The notes below the pieces were generated by a model. It was given only the letters and a program-made list of their open reading frames with translations, made no database searches and was not told where the DNA came from. The position numbers were made by a program, and so were the translations under genes. Below are positions 52,023 through 61,776 of a stretch of DNA of 64,000 nt, piece by piece (position 1 is the stretch's first letter; each line of letters starts with the position of its first letter). Source of the stretch: Neorhizobium sp. (GTDB lineage: Bacteria > Pseudomonadota > Alphaproteobacteria > Rhizobiales > Rhizobiaceae); contig CBDDGK010000057.1 of the NCBI GenBank assembly GCA_965227625.1, positions 15,543-79,542 of the forward strand, written 5' to 3'.

Positions 52023-52562
52023 GCCACGACGTATCCGCTCCTAGTCGCGAAACGGCGCCTCCAAGATCGCCGTTCGGGCCTGCAAGCTGAGTTGCGGACG
52101 ATGGCGGAGGTGAAAGCCACGGAGCGCCTGTTGGAAGACAGGCATTCCCAAACATCCCCTGGCCGCTAGGTCGGGTTCGAGTTGAGCCGCGCAAATAGCG
52201 CAAATGCCCTGCAGCACGGCAAGGCAATCACATGCAGGCCAGAAAGTCTCGAAAACCACCGAAAGCCGCGAGAATGCGGCGCCATATTTTCAAACCACTT
52301 GAGGCTCTGCATTCGCTTGACCTCTCCAACCTTTGAAAAACCAACCCACACCTCACCAGAACTCCATCTTTTTTCTTCCCCGCCCTTCTCTTGCCGGAAT
52401 TGCTCTTCCCTATTCAAATGGTTGCATCGAATCGCCCGATGTCCTGTCGGGTTTTCAGCCTTGTCTTGCTTGACCGCGTTGCGGCGTGGCACAGTTCCTT
52501 TTTCGGGGCTGCGGACGGGGAAGGCATATCGGGTGAGGTGCGCGAGGAAGGGGATTTAGTCA

Positions 52563-54404
52563 GTGGAGGCGTTTTATCTTGTCCTGCTGGTCGGCACGGT
52601 ACTTGTGCTGATCGCTGCCCTGTCGAGCCTTCTCGCCTTCCGTTTCGGCGCCCCCCTCCTCTTGATCTTCCTGTCGATCGGCCTGCTTGCCGGTGTCGAT
52701 GGACTCGGTATCGTTTTCGAGAATTATTCCTTCACCTTCATGCTGGGCTCGCTGGCGCTCGCGATCGTGCTGTTCGATTCCGGCTTCATGACGCCGGTCC
52801 ATTCCTTCCGCATCGCCGCCATCCCCTCGATCACGCTCGCCTCCGTCGGCGTGCTGCTGACCGCCGGCATTTTCGCGCTCGCCGCCTCGCTTTTCCTCAA
52901 ATTTTCGCTGCTGGAAGGTCTGCTGCTCGGCTCCATCGTCGCCTCGACGGATGCGGCCGCCGTTTTCTTCCTGCTGCGCATCGGCGGCATCAACATCCGC
53001 GACAAGGTGCGTTCGACACTGGAAGTGGAATCGGGAACCAACGACCCGATGGCGATCTTCCTCACCATCGCGCTCGCCGAACTGATCGGCACCGGCCAGG
53101 GCTTTTCCGGCCTCGATGTGCATTTCTTCCTGCTGTTCTTCGAGGAAATGGGTCTCGGCGTGCTCTGCGGCCTCGGCGGCGGTTTCATGATCGTCTGGGT
53201 GCTGAACCGGTTCACCTCCGACCGTGGCCTCGCGCCGATCTTCGTCCTGACGCTGGCGCTGCTCGTCTTCGCCTTTACCGGCGTGATCGGCGGCAGCGGC
53301 TTCCTGGCGGTCTATGTCGCCGGCATGGTCTCCGGCAATCGCAAGATGTTCGCCAAGCAACAGATCGTCCGTTTCAACGAGGGGCTGACCTGGCTGGCGC
53401 AGATCATTATGTTCCTGGTTCTCGGCCTGCTCGCCACACCGTCGCAATTCCCGGCCATCCTCCTGCCGGCGATCGGGCTTGCCCTCTTCCTCATTTTCAT
53501 CGCCCGCCCCGTCGCGGTGTGGCTGAGCCTGCTGCCCTTTGATTTCACCCAGCAGGAAACCGGTTTCGTGGCCTGGGTCGGCCTGCGCGGCGCGGTCTCC
53601 ATCCTACTCGCCATCATGCCGATCCTGAGCGGAGTGGAAAACGGCTCGGTCTACTTCAACACGACCTTCATCATCGTGCTCGTCTCGCTTCTCCTCCAGG
53701 GCTGGACCATCAAGCCGGTCGCCGACTGGCTCGGCCTCATCATCCCGCCACGCATGGGCGCCGTCGACAAGGTGGAACTAGATCTCCCCGGTACCGCACA
53801 CCACGAGTTGATCTCCTACCGCGTCATGAAGGATAGTCCGATCCTCGCGGGCGAGCGCATCCCCCGCTGGGCCATGCCTTCGCTGGTCATCCGCGATGGG
53901 CGCAGCATGCGTTATCAATATGCCGGGCGGCTGAAAGAGAATGACCAGATCTACCTGTTCATCTCGCCAGCCTATTCGAAGCTGCTGGACCGCATTTTCG
54001 CAAGCCAGGTGCCGGTGGACCAGGATGACGAGGAGTTTTTCGGCGCCTTCGCCATCTCCCCGGCCCGCCCGGCAAAGGAACTCGACGCGGCCTACGGCCC
54101 CAACCTGCTTTCAGCCAACGAACAGAACATGACGATCGGCGATCTCATCGCCTCGCGCCTCGGCGGCCATGCGGAATATGCCGACCGCATCCGCTTCGGT
54201 TCGATCATCCTGATCGTGCGCGAACTGGATGATCAAGGTCATATCCGCTCGATCGGCATCTCGCTGGAGCCGGTGGAACCCACCACCAATCTGCCGATCT
54301 TCATCAACATGCGCGACATCGCCCACCGTATCCGCGATCTCATCCGCAAGTATCGCGGCAAACCGGTTCCGGATCGGGGCGCGACACCGCCGCCTGCCGC
54401 ATAG
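52563..54404 (+). CDS. cvrA: Potassium/proton antiporter (CvrA/NhaP2)
   Basis: STDAAAVF, ESGTNDPMA, GLRGAV and C-terminal CorC-like domain. Confidence 0.9.
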   Translation: MEAFYLVLLVGTVLVLIAALSSLLAFRFGAPLLLIFLSIGLLAGVDGLGIVFENYSFTFMLGSLALAIVLFDSGFMTPVHSFRIAAIPSITLASVGVLLTAGIFALAASLFLKFSLLEGLLLGSIVASTDAAAVFFLLRIGGINIRDKVRSTLEVESGTNDPMAIFLTIALAELIGTGQGFSGLDVHFFLLFFEEMGLGVLCGLGGGFMIVWVLNRFTSDRGLAPIFVLTLALLVFAFTGVIGGSGFLAVYVAGMVSGNRKMFAKQQIVRFNEGLTWLAQIIMFLVLGLLATPSQFPAILLPAIGLALFLIFIARPVAVWLSLLPFDFTQQETGFVAWVGLRGAVSILLAIMPILSGVENGSVYFNTTFIIVLVSLLLQGWTIKPVADWLGLIIPPRMGAVDKVELDLPGTAHHELISYRVMKDSPILAGERIPRWAMPSLVIRDGRSMRYQYAGRLKENDQIYLFISPAYSKLLDRIFASQVPVDQDDEEFFGAFAISPARPAKELDAAYGPNLLSANEQNMTIGDLIASRLGGHAEYADRIRFGSIILIVRELDDQGHIRSIGISLEPVEPTTNLPIFINMRDIAHRIRDLIRKYRGKPVPDRGATPPPAA

Positions 54405-54501
54405 GGCAGAGAATTTGGCCGGCCCTGTCCTATCCGCTTGCGTCACGGGGCTGGCATAGTATGGTCCGCGCGAAATTTTCCGAAAGAGGATGGATCAGGA
54501 T

Positions 54502-55704
54502 ATGCCGGCCTTCAAAACACTCGACGATCTCACCGACATTGCAGGCAAGCGCGTGCTCGTCCGCGTCGATCTCAACGTGCCCGCTGCAGACGGCAAGGTG
54601 ACCGACAAGACCCGCATCGAGCGCGTTGCCCCGACCATTCTGGAACTGTCGAAGAAGGGCGCCAAGGTCATCCTGCTCGCCCATTTCGGCCGCCCCAAGG
54701 GCGAGCCGGTCGCAGACATGTCGCTGTCGCTGATCGTCGCCGCCGTCAACGAAGTGCTCGGCACCAAGATCCTCTTCGCCTCGGATTGCATCGGCCCGGA
54801 AGCCGAGCAGGCAATTGCCGGCATGAAGAACGGCGAAATCCTGCTTCTGGAAAACACCCGCTTCCACAAGGGTGAGGAAAAGAACGACGCAGCCTTTACC
54901 GAGGCGCTGGCCAAGAACGGCGATATCTTCGTCAACGACGCCTTCTCCGCAGCCCACCGCGCCCATTCCTCCACGGAAGGCCTGGCGCATCACCTGCCCG
55001 CCTATGCCGGCCGCACCATGCAGGAAGAGCTGGAAGCGCTGGAAAAGGGCCTCGGCAACCCGGCCCGCCCGGTCGTCGCCATCGTCGGCGGCGCCAAGGT
55101 TTCCTCAAAGATCGATCTCCTGCAGAACCTCGTGAAAAAGGTCGATGCGCTGGTCATCGGCGGCGGCATGGCAAACACCTTCATCGCGGCCAAGGGCGTC
55201 AATGTCGGCAAATCGCTCTGCGAGCATGATCTCGCCGAAACCGCCAAGGCGATCATGGCGGAAGCCGAAGCCGCCGGTTGCACGATTGTGCTGCCGGTCG
55301 ACGGTGTCATCGCCCGCGAATTCAAGGCCGGCGCCGCCAACGAAGTCGTCGCGATCGACGCAATCCCGGCCGATGCCATGGTTCTCGACGTCGGCCCGAA
55401 ATCGATCGAAGCCGTCAACGAATGGATTTCGAAAGCCTCCACGCTTGTCTGGAACGGCCCGCTCGGCGCCTTCGAAATCACCCCGTTCGACGCAGCGACC
55501 GTTGCAGCCGCAAAGCATGCCGCGCTTGAGACCAAGGCCGGCAAGCTCACCTCCGTCGCCGGTGGCGGCGACACGGTTGCAGCACTGAACCACGCCGGCG
55601 TAGCCGACGAGTTCTCCTACGTCTCGACTGCCGGCGGTGCCTTCCTCGAATGGATGGAAGGCAAGGAACTTCCTGGCGTTTCCGTGCTTTCGAAGACGGC
55701 CTGA
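54502..55704 (+). CDS. pgk: Phosphoglycerate kinase
   Basis: [21 protein letters not shown] and STAGGAFLE. Confidence 0.98.
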   Translation: MPAFKTLDDLTDIAGKRVLVRVDLNVPAADGKVTDKTRIERVAPTILELSKKGAKVILLAHFGRPKGEPVADMSLSLIVAAVNEVLGTKILFASDCIGPEAEQAIAGMKNGEILLLENTRFHKGEEKNDAAFTEALAKNGDIFVNDAFSAAHRAHSSTEGLAHHLPAYAGRTMQEELEALEKGLGNPARPVVAIVGGAKVSSKIDLLQNLVKKVDALVIGGGMANTFIAAKGVNVGKSLCEHDLAETAKAIMAEAEAAGCTIVLPVDGVIAREFKAGAANEVVAIDAIPADAMVLDVGPKSIEAVNEWISKASTLVWNGPLGAFEITPFDAATVAAAKHAALETKAGKLTSVAGGGDTVAALNHAGVADEFSYVSTAGGAFLEWMEGKELPGVSVLSKTA

Positions 55705-55805
55705 TTTCATCTTGCCGATGCGCTGGCCCATGCCAGCGCATCGACAGCTCAAAGACTATATACTAAGGTAGCCCAAGGTAATACCACCCACTAAAGGCCG
55801 ACATC

Positions 55806-56084
55806 ATGGCTACGCCGACCTCGATCAAGCTTGACGACGACTTGAAAGAACGAGTGCAGCAGCTGGCGCAGGCGCGCCGCCGCAGCTCTCATTGGGTGAT
55901 GCGCGAAGCCATTGCCGAATATGTGGAGCGTGAGGAAAAACGCGAGGCCTTCCGCCAGCAGGCGAGAGATGCCTGGGACGAGTATCAGCGCACCGGCTTG
56001 CATCTGACAGGCGAAGAAGCCGACGCTTGGCTTGCCAAGCTTGAAGCCGGCGAAGATGTGGACATGCCTCCGTGCCACAGCTGA
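55806..56084 (+). CDS. CopG/ribbon-helix-helix antitoxin
   Basis: TSIKLDDDLKERVQQLA...HWVMREAIAEYVEREE; overlaps the toxin gene. Confidence 0.88.
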   Translation: MATPTSIKLDDDLKERVQQLAQARRRSSHWVMREAIAEYVEREEKREAFRQQARDAWDEYQRTGLHLTGEEADAWLAKLEAGEDVDMPPCHS

Positions 56085-56362
56085 TCTGGACGCCCGCCGC
56101 CCTTCAGGACATCCAGCGCCTCTATCGCTTCCTATCTTCAAAAAATCCCGATGCGGCATCCCGAGCCATTCAGGCAATCCGTACGGGCGTTAAGATCCTG
56201 GCCCAGCAGCCACATGTCGGTCGACATGCAGAAGGTATGGAGGATGAATTCCGAGAATGGCTCGTCAAATTCGGGGATAGCGGATATATTGTTTTGTACC
56301 GGGCAGATGAGCGTAAAGTCGCTCTTTTGGCCATTCGCCATCAGAAAGAGGCAGGGTATTGA
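56072..56362 (+). CDS. RelE/ParE family toxin
   Basis: LIWTPAALQDIQRL, P.VGR, GYIVLYR and IRHQKE. Confidence 0.88.
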   Translation: MPQLIWTPAALQDIQRLYRFLSSKNPDAASRAIQAIRTGVKILAQQPHVGRHAEGMEDEFREWLVKFGDSGYIVLYRADERKVALLAIRHQKEAGY

Positions 56363-56466
56363 TATAGGTTACGGCACGGCTCAAACAGTCGTATGCTGGC
56401 CCCAAAACAGGCGGAATATAGGGCGGCGCGCTTCGTTATTAACCGCTTTAAAAACTATTTAGATAT

Positions 56467-56499
56467 TTTAAACGATTGAAATTATTTCAATCGTTTCAA
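56467..56499. promoter_or_regulatory. Tandem LacI-type (PckR-like) operators upstream of the aldolase gene
   Basis: TTTAAACGATTGAAA and TTTCAATCGTTTCAA, together forming the perfect repeat AAACGATTGAAAT-T-ATTTCAATCGTTT. Confidence 0.55.
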
Positions 56500-56605
56500 C
56501 GTATAATCGAGGATTTCCCTTTAAAAAAACTTCTGTTATCCGCGAATGATATCTTAGGGAGACGTGAGCGCGTTTCGCGCCAACTTTAGGGAACAGGAGT
56601 GAAAT

Positions 56606-57502
56606 ATGGTGGACGCGAAGATGTTGAACAAGATGAGTTCTGCGCCGGGATTTATCGCGGCGCTGGACCAGAGCGGAGGTTCAACACCTGGAGCGTTGCG
56701 CCTTTATGGTGTGTCCGAGACCGATTATAGCGGCGACGACGAGATGTACCGCCTGATCCATGCCATGCGCGTCCGCATCATGAGCGCCCCCGCCTTTACG
56801 GGCGACAAGGTTATCGGCGCCATCCTGTTCGAGCGGACCATGGACGGCGACGTCGAAGGTGAAGCCGTTCCGTCCTACCTCTGGGAAAAGCGCGGCGTCG
56901 TGCCCTTCCTCAAGGTCGACAAGGGCCTCAACGCCGAGGAGAACGGCGTTCAGACGATGAAGCCGATGCCCGAGCTGGACGCGCTCCTGATCCGCGGCCG
57001 CGAAAAGGGAATTTTCGGCACCAAGATGCGTTCGGTGATCGCCCATGCCGACAAGGCCGGCATCGCAGCCGTCGTTAAGCAGCAGTTCGAAGTGGCTCGC
57101 CAGATCATCGGCCAGGGCCTCATGCCGATCATCGAACCGGAAGTTTCCATCAAGAGCCCGACGAAGACTGAGGCCGAAGCCATTCTTCGCGATGAGATTG
57201 CCGCGCAGCTCGACAAGCTTCCGGCCGGCGAAACCGTCATGCTCAAGCTGACGATCCCGACGGTCGCCGATCTCTACGCGCCTCTGGTCGCCCACAAGTC
57301 GGTCATCCGCGTCGTCGCCCTTTCCGGCGGCTACAGCACGGTCGATGCCTGCGAAAAGCTCAGCCACAACCACGGCATGATCGCGAGCTTCTCGCGCGCG
57401 CTGGCGGAAAACCTGCGCGTTTCGATGAGCGGCGCGGAATTCGATGCGAGCCTGGCCAAGACGGTCGATCAGATCTACGCCGCCAGCGTCAACAAGTCCT
57501 AA
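56606..57502 (+). CDS. fda: Fructose-bisphosphate aldolase class I (short Fda type)
   Basis: GFIAALDQSGGSTP, PFLKVDKGL, GTKMRSVI, IIEPEV and ALSGGY. Confidence 0.93.
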   Translation: MVDAKMLNKMSSAPGFIAALDQSGGSTPGALRLYGVSETDYSGDDEMYRLIHAMRVRIMSAPAFTGDKVIGAILFERTMDGDVEGEAVPSYLWEKRGVVPFLKVDKGLNAEENGVQTMKPMPELDALLIRGREKGIFGTKMRSVIAHADKAGIAAVVKQQFEVARQIIGQGLMPIIEPEVSIKSPTKTEAEAILRDEIAAQLDKLPAGETVMLKLTIPTVADLYAPLVAHKSVIRVVALSGGYSTVDACEKLSHNHGMIASFSRALAENLRVSMSGAEFDASLAKTVDQIYAASVNKS

Positions 57503-57509
57503 GCATCTC

Positions 57510-57581
57510 GAAAAGGCCGCGGACACCGCAGCCTTTTCTGAGGAGGAAGAAGGCCGCTCCATCGGAGCGGCCTTTTCGTTT
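57510..57581 (+). terminator. Tandem terminator hairpins after the aldolase gene
   Basis: GAAAAGGC...GCCTTTTC and AAGGCCGCTCC-ATC-GGAGCGGCCTTTT. Confidence 0.7.
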
Positions 57582-57663
57582 TCTGTCTCCCATTCTTTGA
57601 GCCGCGACATCGATCTGAACCGAAAACCTGCTCTCGCGTTCATTCGACGATGGAGATGGCACT

Positions 57664-58110
57664 ATGACGGAATTGGAAGCCAAGGTTCGGCGGCTTTTCG
57701 ATGAATACGGCCGGGTGAGCAATGACGCATTGAGGGACGAAACGGCGGTGCGCGCCACACTCGTCGCCTCGTTCTTCGCCCCCTATTTCGTCGGCTCGAC
57801 ACCCAAGACAGTGTTCGGCGGCCCGAACGACGTGACTTTTCGCGAAATGATCCCGCAAGGGTTTGCGCGCTATCGGGACTGCGGCGGAAAACGGATGGAC
57901 ATTACCGGCGTCAAGGTTACGCCCCTCAACGATCTCCATGCGCTTGCCGAAATCGGCTGGGACTTCGCCTACGTCAACAAGGCCGGCGAAGGCGGTAATG
58001 TGCGTTTCACCAACTTCTACTTCGTTACGATCGCAGACGGCGAACCACGGATTTTTGCCTATATCACCGGCGACGAAGACAAGGCGATGGTCGACCACGG
58101 CCTGGTTTGA
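57664..58110 (+). CDS. Hypothetical protein, probably NTF2/SnoaL-like
   Basis: GGAG RBS, host codon usage; helix-then-strands pattern (LFDEY...WDFAY...YFV...PRIFAYI). Confidence 0.7.
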   Translation: MTELEAKVRRLFDEYGRVSNDALRDETAVRATLVASFFAPYFVGSTPKTVFGGPNDVTFREMIPQGFARYRDCGGKRMDITGVKVTPLNDLHALAEIGWDFAYVNKAGEGGNVRFTNFYFVTIADGEPRIFAYITGDEDKAMVDHGLV

Positions 58111-58223
58111 CCGGCGCATCGCGGCACTTTCGTTTTGCTGATGGAGGCGATCAAAAACATTCGCTGGTGGTGACGGCCGCGAAAGACTTAAATCCCCTGG
58201 CCCGCAATCATCAGAGTTTTCAC

Positions 58224-59141
58224 ATGCCCACAGCCGATTTCGTCACCGTCGATGTCTTCACCTCGGAACGTTTTGCCGGTAATCCGCTCGCCGTAGTGCC
58301 GGACGCTCGCGGGTTGACGGGCGACGAAATGCAGAAGATCGCCGCCGAGTTCGGTTATGCGGAAAGCACATTCGTGCTGCCGCCGGAAGATCCGGCCAAC
58401 AGCGCCCGCGTGCGCATCTTCACGCCGACAGCGGAAATTCCGTTCGCCGGCCACCCCAATGTCGGCACGGCTTTCGTGCTGGGCAACCGACCCGAGCTTT
58501 TCGGCAAGCCGGTGGGCAACCGCCTGCGCTTCGAGGAAATTGCCGGCATCGTAGAGATCGAACTGTCCCATGAAGCGAACGCCGTGGTCGGCGCCACCAT
58601 CCGCGCTCCGCGCCCGCTCGAACTCGGCGATACAGTGGAGCCGGAACTCGTTGCGCGATGTGCCTCGATCTCGCCGGATCAGATCCGCATTACAGGCCAT
58701 CGCCCCATATTCGCCTCGGTCGGCCTGCCCTTCGTCTTTGCTGAACTGAAAGACCTCGATGCGCTTGCCGAGGCGCGGCCAAACATCTCGGTCTTCCATG
58801 AGGCCGCCGGCCGGCATGCCATGGCTGGGATGGACTTTTCTCTCTTCCTTTATGTCCCCGATGCCGTGGCTCCCTCGCATATCCGCGCCCGCATGTTCGC
58901 GCCGCTCGACAACGTCATCGAAGATCCGGCCACCGGCAGCGCTTCGGCGGCGCTCGGTGCGTTTCTCGTCACGAGAGGTCCGGAGGACGATGCGACGGCT
59001 GCGATCACCATCGAGCAAGGCGTCGAGATGGGCCGCCGCAGCCTGATCGAGCTCGATATGTTGAAGGCAAACGGCAAGGTAACGGACGTCCGGATCACCG
59101 GCCGATGCGTCGCCGTCATGCGTGGATCCATCGAGGTCTAG
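58224..59141 (+). CDS. PhzF family isomerase/epimerase
   Basis: [36 protein letters not shown] and QGVEMGR. Confidence 0.95.
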   Translation: MPTADFVTVDVFTSERFAGNPLAVVPDARGLTGDEMQKIAAEFGYAESTFVLPPEDPANSARVRIFTPTAEIPFAGHPNVGTAFVLGNRPELFGKPVGNRLRFEEIAGIVEIELSHEANAVVGATIRAPRPLELGDTVEPELVARCASISPDQIRITGHRPIFASVGLPFVFAELKDLDALAEARPNISVFHEAAGRHAMAGMDFSLFLYVPDAVAPSHIRARMFAPLDNVIEDPATGSASAALGAFLVTRGPEDDATAAITIEQGVEMGRRSLIELDMLKANGKVTDVRITGRCVAVMRGSIEV

Positions 59142-59243
59142 AGCAATTCCGGCGAAAGAGGGAACCGGTTTCGCGTCCGGAATTGTGTAAAACCAAAAAG
59201 ATAGAGCCGTGTCACGATTCGAAGAAAAGCTGAACGGCTCTAG
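59138..59243. repeat. Rhizobial intergenic mosaic (RIME/BRU-RS-like) repeat
   Basis: CTAGAGCAATTCCGG...CCGGAATTG...TAGAGCCGT...ACGGCTCTAG; two palindromes; CTAG ends. Confidence 0.75.
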
Positions 59244-59322
59244 ATATCTCGCTCAAAAGCGTGCAGCGGTTTTGCGCCCACGACATCCGACCAACAAAAA
59301 CCGAAAGCGCGACGCGTTTTAG
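59240..59322. repeat. Second, shortened RIME-like repeat in tandem
   Basis: CTAG...CAAAAGCGTGCAGCGGTTTTG...AAAGCGCGACGCGTTTTAG resembles the rhizobial CAAAAGTGTGCAGCGGTTTTG repeat. Confidence 0.55.
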
Positions 59323-59486
59323 AGCGTCGTAAACTCCCGCAGGATCAGCGCCGCGCTCCAGATTGCGAAGGCGACCACGGCAAGCTTCCAGAAGTCCCCT
59401 CGACGTCTCAGGCCCGGAAATCCGAGCGGCTTGATGATCTGGATCACCATGGCCAGGATCAGCAGAACCGAGATTGTTTTGGTCAT
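59319..59486 (-). CDS. 55-aa small membrane protein
   Basis: MTKTISVLLILAMVIQIIKPLGFPGLRRRGDFWKLAVVAFAIWSAALILREFTTL; two hydrophobic segments. Confidence 0.7.
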   Translation of the reverse strand: MTKTISVLLILAMVIQIIKPLGFPGLRRRGDFWKLAVVAFAIWSAALILREFTTL

Positions 59487-59778
59487 CAGGTTGTTCTTTC
59501 CGGAACCGCCACAGGCTGGACATTTTTCACCGCCACCACAGATAGCTGTGAGGGGATCTGCTGCGCTAAGCGCCATGCAGATGGCGCACAAGGACGCTGT
59601 AGCAGGTTTATTTTTACATATCGTTCTTTCTCAAAATCCGCTCGATTTTCGGAAAGAACGATATGTCGGGGGGAAGATATGATCCACTTCGCTTTCGTTA
59701 ACGCTCGGTTCATCGGCATGCAACAATGCTTGCACGGGAACCCCTCCAGACGCGCGCATAAGAGCTGACAGTAGACAG

Positions 59779-61053
59779 ATGAGACGCAACCTCCTCCCGG
59801 TCCTCGCCCTGCTTTGCGGCACGCTTTTCCTTTTTCTCGGAAATGGCCTTCAGAGCCTGCTTCTGCCCGTGCGCGGCTCGCAGGAAGGGTATTCCAACGA
59901 GGTCCTTGGCTTCCTCGGCACGACCTGGGCATCCGGCTTCGTCATTGGCTGTTTCGTGGCGCCGAATGTGGTGCGCCGTATCGGCCACGTGCGCGCCTTT
60001 TCCGGCTTCCTGTCGCTGATCTGCCTGAACGTGCTTCTGACCGGCATCATCGTCAACCAGGAGGCATGGCTGCTTCTGCGCGCCATCACCGGCTTCTGCA
60101 CCGCCGGCACGTCGATGATCATCGAAAGCTGGCTGAACGAACGCGCCACGCCGGAAAGCCGCGGCACGATCTTTTCCTTCTACATCTCGATCACCCTCTT
60201 CGGTGTCGTCGGCGGCCAGCTGATGGTGCCGTTTGCGGATATCAACACGCCAATTCTCTTCATGGTTTGCGGCATCCTGTATTGCATCGCCGCCCTGCCG
60301 ACGACGCTTTCCAAGGCCGCTTCCCCACAGCCGCTGAAGCGCGCAAGACTCGACATCCCTGCCCTCTTCCGCAACTCGCCAATCTCCTGCATCGGCATCC
60401 TGCTGATCGGCGTCGCCAACGGCGCCTACGGCACGCTGGGTGCCGTTTTCGGCACACGTGCCGGGCTCGATCACGGCGCGGTCGCGGCCATGGTGTCGAT
60501 CACCATCTTCGCAGGCGCCATCATGCAGTTCCCGGCCGGTCGCCTTTCCGATCGTATGGACCGCCGCCACGTGCTGGCCGGCCTGTCCGCCGCCGCCGCC
60601 CTCGCCGGCCTTGCAGTGGCGATCATTCAGCCGACGCATGTCTACTGGATCGTCGCACTGGTCGCGATCTACGGCGCCGCGGCCAATGCGCTCTATCCGA
60701 TCGCAGTTGCCCACGCCAACGACTTCGCCGCCCCGGAAGATTTCGTGAAGGTTTCCGGTGGCCTGCTGCTGCTTTATGGCATCGGCACGATCATCGGCCC
60801 CTCGCTCAGTGGTCCGGTCATGACGTGGGCCGGTCCCTACGCACTGTTCATGGTTACCGCGATCGCGCATATTCTGATCAGCGCCTACGCGATCATCCGC
60901 AGCCGCATGCGCGCCCCGGTACCGGTCGAAGAACGAGGCTCTTACCAGACGGCTCCGGCGTCCCCATCGCAACTTTCAACGCCCGAGAGCCTTTCGCTCG
61001 ATCCGCGCGCCAAGGCCAACCCGGAAAGCCAATCCCGCAAGGAGGCTCCATGA
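59779..61053 (+). CDS. MFS transporter (YcaD-like)
   Basis: About 12 TM segments; GNGLQ, RRIGHVRAF, IESWLN, GRLSDRMDRR and AHAND. Confidence 0.92.
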   Translation: MRRNLLPVLALLCGTLFLFLGNGLQSLLLPVRGSQEGYSNEVLGFLGTTWASGFVIGCFVAPNVVRRIGHVRAFSGFLSLICLNVLLTGIIVNQEAWLLLRAITGFCTAGTSMIIESWLNERATPESRGTIFSFYISITLFGVVGGQLMVPFADINTPILFMVCGILYCIAALPTTLSKAASPQPLKRARLDIPALFRNSPISCIGILLIGVANGAYGTLGAVFGTRAGLDHGAVAAMVSITIFAGAIMQFPAGRLSDRMDRRHVLAGLSAAAALAGLAVAIIQPTHVYWIVALVAIYGAAANALYPIAVAHANDFAAPEDFVKVSGGLLLLYGIGTIIGPSLSGPVMTWAGPYALFMVTAIAHILISAYAIIRSRMRAPVPVEERGSYQTAPASPSQLSTPESLSLDPRAKANPESQSRKEAP

Positions 61054-61241
61054 CATTCCTGGATGACGATCGCCCGAAAAAGCCGACAGCCCACGAGATC
61101 GGCTCCGACCTCTCGATGCTGTCCGTCGACGAACTCGATGCCCGAATCACTTTGCTGAAAACGGAAATCGAACGCCTGTCCGCCGAGAAGGACAGCAAGG
61201 CCGCCGGACGTCGCGCGGCAGACAGCCTGTTCCGATCCTGA
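61050..61241 (+). CDS. DUF1192 family protein
   Basis: MTFLDDDRPKKPTAHEIGSDLSMLSVDELDARITLLKTEIERL...AADSLFRS; AAGGAGG RBS. Confidence 0.88.
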   Translation: MTFLDDDRPKKPTAHEIGSDLSMLSVDELDARITLLKTEIERLSAEKDSKAAGRRAADSLFRS

Positions 61242-61354
61242 TCCGAACCGGCACTCCGGGGCTTGCACGCACCCGCCCTTTGTTCTTGAAACCATGCAAC
61301 CGGAGGCAGGCGCGGCCTGTAACGGCAAGAATTTCCGGCGCTTCTTTCTTTAAT

Positions 61355-61369
61355 TTAACGAATTATTAA
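61355..61369. promoter_or_regulatory. CtrA binding site
   Basis: TTAA-CGAATTA-TTAA. Confidence 0.7.
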
Positions 61370-61390
61370 TCATTAATAGAGAATATAAAA

Positions 61391-61492
61391 CCGTCCAGGC
61401 CTCCTGGACTCAGACAGTTTCACCGTTCGGCGAATGGTCTGATTTCTCCCTGTTTTACCTTGAGAGCCGCCCATCCGCGGCTCTTCTTTTTT
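61391..61492 (+). ncRNA. Candidate trans-acting sRNA
   Basis: Two hairpins, a single-stranded TTTCTCCCT tract and an intrinsic terminator AGAGCCGC/GCGGCTCT plus T run, in an intergenic region lacking a plausible ORF. Confidence 0.6.
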
Positions 61493-61644
61493 AAAGCGCC
61501 GGATTTCCCGGTAATTTTCCCTTCACTACACTGTGAGCTCACGCTGCGGCAGCTCTCGCAATCGCCTCGCAGCTAGTGTATTGGCGCCTTGGAAATACGT
61601 CTCATTTCAGGAAGTTGACCCGCGTTTACCGCTTCTTGTGGGTA

Positions 61645-61659
61645 TTAACCTTTCTTTAA
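61645..61659. promoter_or_regulatory. CtrA binding site upstream of rcdA
   Basis: TTAA-CCTTTCT-TTAA. Confidence 0.75.
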
Positions 61660-61776
61660 TAAACGCCTTGCGGATTTCCATTATAAGTATCATCTTCAGG
61701 CCACAGAGAACGGCCGTGGAACTTTTATCCGCTGGCTTCATTGCCTGAATGTGATTGCGTTAGCAGGATGACCTCG

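Noticed and set aside
52041-52259. Cys-containing 72-aa ORF next to the ars cluster
   Set aside because: No clear RBS, atypical codon usage and no recognisable motif; probably spurious.
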